NCBI GenBank assembly: GCA_033763455.1
Contig: JANRKO010000007.1
Coordinates: 25,072-89,071, forward strand
Direction of reading: 5' to 3'
DNA length: 64,000 bases
From: Polyangiaceae bacterium
Lineage (GTDB): Bacteria; Myxococcota_A; Polyangia; Polyangiales; Polyangiaceae
Part shown: piece by piece, positions 57,514 through 64,000 of the stretch
Layout of the letters: each line of letters opens with the position of its first letter
Numbering within the stretch: position 1 is the first letter of the stretch
Made by a program: the position numbers and the translations under genes
Notes under the pieces: model-generated
The model's input: the letters and a program-made list of their open reading frames with translations, nothing else
What the model was told of the DNA's origin: nothing
Databases searched by the model: none

Positions 57514-58809
57514 TCACGCGAACAACTGGGAGATGGCGCGAGTGCCTTCATCCCCGAAGCTCGTGACGTCGCCACGACCTAACGCCTGTGCCATTGTAAC
57601 CAGGAAGTTGTGGTAAGGCTCGTTGGCCAGCTGCACATAGCGGCCTGTGGTTTTCAGGCCTGTTTTGTTGCCACCCGCCAAGACCACGTGAACGTCCTTG
57701 CGAGAGTGGTGGTTGAAATCTCCGAGGCCTAGCTCGTTCATCCACACTACCAGCGTGTAGTCGAGCAGGCGGCCGCCAGCGACTGGGATCTTTGCGAGCC
57801 CATCCACGAGGTACGCCATTTGCTGTGCGTGAAAACGGTTGATACCGAGCAGATCGTTGTAAGGATCCGCAGAGCCTCCGTGATCCGCGTTGTGGTGCCC
57901 AGCGCGTACGCCCACCTCATCGTACCAGTCCCCATCTTCGATCCCGCCCCAGCCACCCACCCGCAGGGTTGCCACGCGAGTGACGCCACAGCGAAACGCA
58001 GAAAGGATATTATCGTTCTGATCTTTCCAATCTTTGACGATTCCCGCGCCAGGCCCCGGATTCGGCTGGATCGTGCAGCTTAGCGGTTGATAGGGCTTCT
58101 GGAGCTCGGTCTCCTTCTGACGTAAGAGCGTGAGATGCTCGTCGAGTAGCGTGCGCGACGGAGCACCCAACTGGCCCTGGAGGCCCACCAGATCGGAGGC
58201 AATCGAGTCCAATACGCTGCGCTGGCGGGCCCGGCGTTGTTCGGCCTGCGTGGGATCTTCATTGGTAAGGCCGAACAGCTTGTCAAAAGCTCCAATGGGC
58301 GATCCTATCGGCGGGATGGGCAAACCCGACGCCGAATACGTGATATGATCGACGGTATCGTTGGCCGGACGAACTCCGAGCTCCAACGATGCGAGCGGGC
58401 TTTGCCCGCGCCATCCTTCAGCTAACAGCTGATCGATGCTCGGGCCTCCGGTGGGCACGGCGTCGCCCGAAGGAGACGGCCGACCTGTGAGGCACTCGCT
58501 CATGCCCCCGCTGTGCCCATCCGAGCCGCGCATACCATGCACCATCAACAAGTCCGAAAGGTGCGGCTCAAGCGGTTGGAGCACAGGGGCAAGCGTAAAG
58601 TTCGTTTCATTCCCGGTGGGGATCCAATGGTTGGGATGCTGCCCATTGCCCGTGAACATCACGAACAATCGAAGTGGCGGTGGCGCCTCCTGCGATTGGG
58701 CGACCGTGCTCAACAGACCTGAAAAGAAAGGCAACGCTGCGAGTGAACCGGCGGCACCCCGAAGCAGCGTACGGCGGGCAACAGGACTCAAGCGAGAGCT
58801 AGGCTTCAT
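57514..58809 (-). CDS. DUF1552 domain protein with Tat-like signal
   Basis: ARRTLLRGAAG..LPF; LQPLEPH; PSIDQ; SLELGV; RSVLD; CGVTRVATL. Confidence 0.9.
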   Translation of the reverse strand: MKPSSRLSPVARRTLLRGAAGSLAALPFFSGLLSTVAQSQEAPPPLRLFVMFTGNGQHPNHWIPTGNETNFTLAPVLQPLEPHLSDLLMVHGMRGSDGHSGGMSECLTGRPSPSGDAVPTGGPSIDQLLAEGWRGQSPLASLELGVRPANDTVDHITYSASGLPIPPIGSPIGAFDKLFGLTNEDPTQAEQRRARQRSVLDSIASDLVGLQGQLGAPSRTLLDEHLTLLRQKETELQKPYQPLSCTIQPNPGPGAGIVKDWKDQNDNILSAFRCGVTRVATLRVGGWGGIEDGDWYDEVGVRAGHHNADHGGSADPYNDLLGINRFHAQQMAYLVDGLAKIPVAGGRLLDYTLVVWMNELGLGDFNHHSRKDVHVVLAGGNKTGLKTTGRYVQLANEPYHNFLVTMAQALGRGDVTSFGDEGTRAISQLFA

Positions 58810-60896
58810 TTGGATGGCTCCTCGATACGGTGAAGGAAAGCTCCAGTGGTAAAGCTCGAAAGGAAGGCGTCTTTAATGCTCGCGTTGCTTAGCTTGGCGC
58901 CCACCGTGTCGAGTGACTTGGCGTCTGCCGGCAACTCCAGGCGCCCCACCGAAAAACGCAGCCACTGTTTGGCAAAGCAGGCTCGAACTTGCTCAGAGTT
59001 AGCCAGCGCTTGGGTAAGCTCTGCCGCTCCAGTAATACTGCCGTCGGCAAGCCCGATACTTGGAATGCCTCCGGTGGTAACGACGCTTAGGCCGTTTTCA
59101 GTGGCTCGGAAGCGACCGATACCGTCGAAGCCTTCGAGGGCGAATCCGATGGGATCGATCGCATTGTGGCAAGGAGCACAGGTTGGAGAATTCGAGTGCT
59201 GCGCCCAGCGCTCGCGCGTGGTGGCGTTGGGATCGGGCGGTGGCGGGATAACATTCAACCCCGTCGGTGGGGGTGGCGGCTTATCGCATAGGAACTGCTC
59301 AAGCACGTAGACGCCGCGGTGCACCGGCGAGGTTCCATCAAAGATGCCGGTGAGCGCCAAAACGGCTGGTTGCGTCAGGATCCCCAGGCGCTCTGATGGC
59401 AAGGTGACCTTCTCCTGGGCGCTTACGCTCATCCCATAGAGCGCGGCCGTCTCGGGCGTAGGCCACGAGTAGTTGGCACTCAGGAGGTTCTGAAGCGTCG
59501 ATGACTCGTTCCAGAACAGCTCGTTCACGAAGCGTGTCGACTCCGCCAACATCCCCTGCCGCGTAGCTTCCGTGTATTCGGGGAACACCTTGGGATCTTT
59601 GTTCAGGCCTGGCAATCGATTGAGATGCAGCCACTGTTCAAAGAAACGTTGAACGCTTGTTTGCGCGCAGGGTTTGGCCAAGAGCCGAGCGGCCTGGCCC
59701 TCTATCTGTGCGATGCTGTTGAGCCCATCCGTTCGGGCGGCTACGGCGAGTGGCTCGTCCGGCGGCTCCTCGCACACGGAATAGGAGAGCCGCGCCGCGA
59801 TTTCCTGTGGGGAAAGGCGAAAGATCCCCGGCAGGCCATCCACCGGTGAACCGACCTCCACCAGGTAGAGGAAGTGTGGGCTACCCAAGATGGCTTCCAA
59901 CAGTGCCCGAATGCCCACCATGTAACCGCCCTGCTCGGCAGCGGACGCGTGCACCGCGCGTAGGCGCGCCTGCTCGTCGGCACTCAGCGGGCGCCTATAC
60001 GCTTTCGACGCAAACCTACCCACCAAACCTTCAACGCAAGCGGCGCGCTCATTCGCGAACGCGCCCTCACCTGGGTCGACGGGCCCTTCGATGTCCACCC
60101 CATGGTAGCTGACGACCAACGCGTTGTCGTCAGGCTCCGTGGTGAGCACGAAATCGATAACCTGCGTACCCGTTTGCTTCACATCAAGCACCAACTCGAC
60201 AACTTGTGGCCCCGCGACGTTTTGACGCGTGTGGACCGTTTGGCCACCAAACAAGACGTTGAGCTTGTCGACGCTGGCAGCCGACACGGTAAGGTTGAAG
60301 CGAACTCGATAGCTGCCGGGAGAATCGAACGCGTGTGAATAGGACGCCTGTGGATCGGGCGCATATTGGGTTCTAAGATCGTTCGGATTGTCGTTGTCGG
60401 GCCCCACCGCCCACTCGGGCCCTACCGCCATCGCTGCACCCACAATCTTAGCCACGCGCGACACCCCTGGGGGCGGCAGAATTGCTGGGCTGCAGGCCGC
60501 TTCGAGCTCCGCGAGGCGCTGCTCGTTGAGCAGCGTGGTAGCCACATCCGAGGCGATATCAGTGAACGCGTCTAGGTGGGCTTGGCTCATCGTCTGGCTG
60601 TCCACCACGCGATCGTAGGAAAACGACAAGCTATCCGGGGGCAGACGCCCTAAGGAGGCCACACGGGTCTTAGTCAAGACTTCGAAAGAGCGCTCCAGCT
60701 CCCTGGCGGAAAGCCGACGGATCCCCGACGGGCGGTCCGTCTCGACGTGCGAGGTGGACACGGGCCGTGTGGGGCCGAATTGCCCTTCCGAATAGTCCTC
60801 CACCGGAACAGGGGGCGCTTTCGCCTCACCTTGGCACGCCGGGAGCGCACCCGCTGACAGAGCTGCCGCCAGAAGCCCTAGGTAGAATTCTCGCAT
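58806..60896 (-). CDS. DUF1587/1595/1592/1588/1585 multidomain lipoprotein with CxxCH
   Basis: IRRLS, AYRRPL, SPHFLYLVE, IAARLSY..PPD, TSPVHRG, CAPCH..DPIGFALE; start set at ATG 60896. Confidence 0.9.
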   Translation of the reverse strand: MREFYLGLLAAALSAGALPACQGEAKAPPVPVEDYSEGQFGPTRPVSTSHVETDRPSGIRRLSARELERSFEVLTKTRVASLGRLPPDSLSFSYDRVVDSQTMSQAHLDAFTDIASDVATTLLNEQRLAELEAACSPAILPPPGVSRVAKIVGAAMAVGPEWAVGPDNDNPNDLRTQYAPDPQASYSHAFDSPGSYRVRFNLTVSAASVDKLNVLFGGQTVHTRQNVAGPQVVELVLDVKQTGTQVIDFVLTTEPDDNALVVSYHGVDIEGPVDPGEGAFANERAACVEGLVGRFASKAYRRPLSADEQARLRAVHASAAEQGGYMVGIRALLEAILGSPHFLYLVEVGSPVDGLPGIFRLSPQEIAARLSYSVCEEPPDEPLAVAARTDGLNSIAQIEGQAARLLAKPCAQTSVQRFFEQWLHLNRLPGLNKDPKVFPEYTEATRQGMLAESTRFVNELFWNESSTLQNLLSANYSWPTPETAALYGMSVSAQEKVTLPSERLGILTQPAVLALTGIFDGTSPVHRGVYVLEQFLCDKPPPPPTGLNVIPPPPDPNATTRERWAQHSNSPTCAPCHNAIDPIGFALEGFDGIGRFRATENGLSVVTTGGIPSIGLADGSITGAAELTQALANSEQVRACFAKQWLRFSVGRLELPADAKSLDTVGAKLSNASIKDAFLSSFTTGAFLHRIEEPSK

Positions 60897-61009
60897 CGCA
60901 TTCAAGCTACCAGGGGGTTAGCCCGGCACACAAGGATACAATCGGTTGTCGAACGTTGTCACAACCTAAAGACGCTGGTGTGGGCGCGGGTAGTCGGTAT
61001 GCTGTTGGG

Positions 61010-62002
61010 ATGAAACTGTATCGTGCGTGCCTTGGCTTCTTGTCGCTTCTCGTGCTCTCCGCAAGCAGCTGCGCGGAGTCCAAGCAGAGTAGTACTGCAC
61101 CTACGAGCACTATCCCCGGAACACCTACACCCAGCAGCATGACCACCGCCATGCTCGGTTCGTGCGAGATTTTTCCACGGGATAATCCATGGAATACGGA
61201 TATTTCCAGCGCACCCAAACATCCCAACTCGGACGCGTTCATCGCCTCCATCGGTGCCAACACGAACTTGCATCCTGATTTCGGCGCTCCTTACCAAGGC
61301 GAACCGCTGGGCATTCCCTTTATCACCGTTGGGCAAGGCCAACCCAAAGTAAACGTTACCTTTACCTATGCGGAAGAGAGCGATCCCGGTCCCTACCCAA
61401 TCCCGAAGGACGCGCCGATTGAAGGGGGCCCAGACGCAACCGGAGATCGTCACGTGCTCGTCATTGAGAAGGATAACTGCGTCTTATACGAACTCTACAA
61501 CGCCGCCCCGAAGCCGAATGGGGACTGGCAGGCTGATTCGGGAGCCATCTTCAATCTGAAGTCCAATCAGCTTCGCCCGGATCGGTGGACGAGCGCCGAT
61601 GCCGCCGGCTTGCCCGTATTCGCCGGGCTCGTGCGATACGACGAGGTGGTTACAGCCAAACAAATCAACCACGCCTTGCGCTTCACGGTATCAAAAAGCC
61701 AGAAGGGCTATATCTCGCCCGCGACACACGCTGCCAGCAACGATGCAAGTGCGAATCTGCCACCCATGGGGCTGCGCGTGCGTATGCGGAGCGACTACGA
61801 TTGCAGCAGCTACTCTTCGGAAGTGCAGGTCATCTGCACAGCCCTCAAGAAGTATGGAATGTTCGTCGCCGATAATGGCAGCGACTGGTTTGTGAGTGGC
61901 GCCCCGAATGACAACTTTGACTCAGACAACCTGAACGATCTGAAGAAAATCAAAGGCTCGGCTTTCGAAGCGGTGGACACCGGGCCGATCGTGCCTTACT
62001 GA
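61010..62002 (+). CDS. Uncharacterised secreted lipoprotein
   Basis: Lipobox ASSC; FPRDNPWN, LHPDFG, ESDPGPYPIP, GDRH, WTSADAAGLP, YGMFVADNGS. Confidence 0.75.
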   Translation: MKLYRACLGFLSLLVLSASSCAESKQSSTAPTSTIPGTPTPSSMTTAMLGSCEIFPRDNPWNTDISSAPKHPNSDAFIASIGANTNLHPDFGAPYQGEPLGIPFITVGQGQPKVNVTFTYAEESDPGPYPIPKDAPIEGGPDATGDRHVLVIEKDNCVLYELYNAAPKPNGDWQADSGAIFNLKSNQLRPDRWTSADAAGLPVFAGLVRYDEVVTAKQINHALRFTVSKSQKGYISPATHAASNDASANLPPMGLRVRMRSDYDCSSYSSEVQVICTALKKYGMFVADNGSDWFVSGAPNDNFDSDNLNDLKKIKGSAFEAVDTGPIVPY

Positions 62003-62032
62003 GCCGGGTGGGCGCCGGCAGGCGAAACTCCC

Positions 62033-62908
62033 ATGCACCAAGTTCACCTCATCGAACGCCGCGAACAGCTTGATTACCAAGAGTTCGTGAACAACTACCT
62101 CTTGCCACAGCGTCCGGTTCTCATCGCCAATGCCACGGCGCTCTGGGGTGCCTCGAAGTGGACTCCAGAGTGGTTCATTCAGCACTTCCCGCACAAGGAA
62201 GTGCAGGCCGAGGGCCAAACCTTTGAGCTCGGCACGTTGCTTTCACGCATGCTCGCCGAAGAGCCTACGCCCTATCTCAAGCAGCTGGACATCCCCAAGC
62301 ATTTTCCGGAGCTCTTGCCTTTCCTAACGCCCGACCTTGCTTACAGCCTGCCCAACCGAACAGGCAGTCGTTTCTTTCCCAAGTACTGGTTCGGGCCCGG
62401 GTCAGGCACGTTGCAGCTGTTCATCGGAGGCCAGGGAGCTTCGCAGGGCATCGTCCACGCGGACATGCCGCCCTTGCATTCGTACAGCGCCCTTCTGGCC
62501 GGGCAGAAGGAGTGGTGGGTGTGGGCTCCCAGCGAAGGCCGTTACCTCTACACTCGTGAGGACTATCCTCACGAGTCGAGCATCAAGAACGTGTTCGAGC
62601 CAGACTTGGCACGTTACCCTGAGCTTGCGTCCGCTTCCGTAACGCGGGTCGTTCAACAGCCGGGGGACCTGCTCTTCTTACCGATGGGTTGGTGGCACAC
62701 GGCACGCACCGTGAGCGCTTCACCGACGATTACCGTGGCTTGGGATGTGCTGTGCCAGAAGAATTGGCAGAGCTTCGTCGACCACATTTACGTGAGCGAG
62801 CGCGCAGATCACCCAGTCCGAGCGCGCCTACTTAGAACCTACCTCCAAGCTCTGGGCCCTGTGCTCAACGTGTTCGAGGCCAGAGCAGGCGTCGGGGCCA
62901 CGACTTGA
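62033..62908 (+). CDS. JmjC / cupin_8 Fe(II)-2-oxoglutarate dioxygenase
   Basis: RPVLI..W.A.KWT, LFIGG, HAD, GQKEW, PGDLLFLPMGWWH. Confidence 0.9.
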   Translation: MHQVHLIERREQLDYQEFVNNYLLPQRPVLIANATALWGASKWTPEWFIQHFPHKEVQAEGQTFELGTLLSRMLAEEPTPYLKQLDIPKHFPELLPFLTPDLAYSLPNRTGSRFFPKYWFGPGSGTLQLFIGGQGASQGIVHADMPPLHSYSALLAGQKEWWVWAPSEGRYLYTREDYPHESSIKNVFEPDLARYPELASASVTRVVQQPGDLLFLPMGWWHTARTVSASPTITVAWDVLCQKNWQSFVDHIYVSERADHPVRARLLRTYLQALGPVLNVFEARAGVGATT

Positions 62909-63699
62909 ATAGTTCGATGCAACGCCACCCCATCGCTTGGTTCTTGGCGTTGACAATGAGCCTGCAATACGGCCTGGGCATCCTCACCAGATTCTCGCCC
63001 ATAGCGCAGGAGATCTTCGAGTGGGGGTTTTCAGCTCTGCCCCTTGTAACGCTCCTGGTTGCCGGTCTCACCGAAGGCAAGCCGGGAGTAAAAGGCTTGT
63101 TGGCCCCGCTCGTGCGTTGGCGCGTGCACCCCTACTACTACTTGTTTGCCATCTTCCTCTTGCCCGGTTTCTTCGTCCTTTCCAACTACGTAGAGCGGCT
63201 TTTCCAGGGAGATTTGTCGCGCCCGGTTCCGTTTACGTTCTGGGCGTTGATTTACCCAGATGCGCAGCTGGCCGCACTCATAACGTGCGCATCGGTGGCA
63301 GATGAAATGGCGTGGTTTGGCTACCTATTCGTGCGCCTGCAACGCCGTTATTCACAAGTGGCTGCCAGCCTCATCACGGGAGTGTGTTGGGCGCTCTGGT
63401 ACATCCCGATGCTGTTGTTCTCCACAACCGTTGCAGACCGCACGGTGCCGCCAGTGTATTTCGTGCTCAACTTCATCCTGCTAGCACCCCTATGTGCTTG
63501 GCTCTACCAGTCCAGCAAGAGTGCGCTCCTCGTGATTGCGATGAACGTCATCGCCAACTACGCCTACTTCGTGATCCCGGTACTACCGCAAGACGCGGGC
63601 GGGCCAACGGTATTCGCCCTCAAGGTGCTCATGATGGGCCTCGGGTCCGCTTTTCTGATCTGGCTCGGTCGCGGCAAGCAGCTGGGCGCCGGAGGCTAA
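62905..63699 (+). CDS. CPBP (Abi/CAAX) family membrane protein with degenerate catalytic motifs (start may be 62917)
   Basis: GKPGVKGLL..RWRV; DEMAWFGY; WALWYIP; WLYQSSKSALLVIAMNVIAN. Confidence 0.8.
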   Translation: MNSSMQRHPIAWFLALTMSLQYGLGILTRFSPIAQEIFEWGFSALPLVTLLVAGLTEGKPGVKGLLAPLVRWRVHPYYYLFAIFLLPGFFVLSNYVERLFQGDLSRPVPFTFWALIYPDAQLAALITCASVADEMAWFGYLFVRLQRRYSQVAASLITGVCWALWYIPMLLFSTTVADRTVPPVYFVLNFILLAPLCAWLYQSSKSALLVIAMNVIANYAYFVIPVLPQDAGGPTVFALKVLMMGLGSAFLIWLGRGKQLGAGG

Positions 63700-63844
63700 G
63701 GCGTAATATCGTCAACAATGTGGTTAGCCAAAATCCCTACACCAATATCGCCGACCACTCACTGGGTCACCCACGGCCCCGATCCGGTGGCAAAGATGTT
63801 GATGCGGATTTTGAGGGGTCGCTGGATGTTGATCCGGAGCTCGA

Positions 63845-63916
63845 TTTTCTGAGGCGAGGCGAGAGAGAAAGCGCAGTTGTTGAAGAGGGGGCAAAGCTTC
63901 GCCTCGCCTCAGAAAA
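63845..63916. repeat. Perfect 18-bp inverted repeat with 36-nt loop (REP/MITE-like)
   Basis: ttttctgaggcgaggcga ... tcgcctcgcctcagaaaa. Confidence 0.85.
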
Positions 63917-64000
63917 CCGGGCCCGTTTGAAGAGCGACAAGGAGGACGAGGTGGGCCACGCGTCGTCAGACGGTAGAGACAACAAGCGCGGCCAATCGAC

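Noticed and set aside
62905..63699. CPBP gene as the myxosortase for the MYXO-CTERM-like protein at 1703
   Set aside because: Catalytic residues are missing and the genes are 60 kb apart
63720..64000. Open + frame running off the window end (VVSQNPYTN...)
   Set aside because: No recognisable domain and it crosses the long inverted repeat; undecidable without more sequence

Overview
GC-rich, gene-dense chromosomal window that looks myxobacterial (probably Polyangiaceae/Sorangiineae; inferred from Cys-rich and fibro-slime repeat proteins, a MYXO-CTERM-like tail, PilZ/TIGR02266-like, DUF4388 and DUF1552/DUF1592 genes). All family calls come from motif recognition by eye; no searches were run. 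1-39 kb mixes housekeeping genes (cysE, NUDIX-NAD kinase, eno, phoH, PBP, ftsEX-envC, rhomboid, rluA, Ser/Thr kinase) with two type II toxin-antitoxin modules, lipoproteins and a catalytically degenerate PPDK/rifampin-phosphotransferase-like gene. About 39.2-55.7 kb is a Wzy-type exopolysaccharide locus with a short OPX plus a separate beta-barrel, two co-polymerases, two degenerate BY-kinase-like proteins, three GT4s, an acetyltransferase, an uncharacterised deacetylase-like protein and an embedded RsbW/STAS partner-switching pair with no sigma factor or phosphatase. This is the best candidate for an undescribed system. The end holds a DUF1592/DUF1552 pair and a JmjC gene coupled to a catalytically dead CPBP protein. 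No rRNA, tRNA, CRISPR array, integrase or transposase was found.
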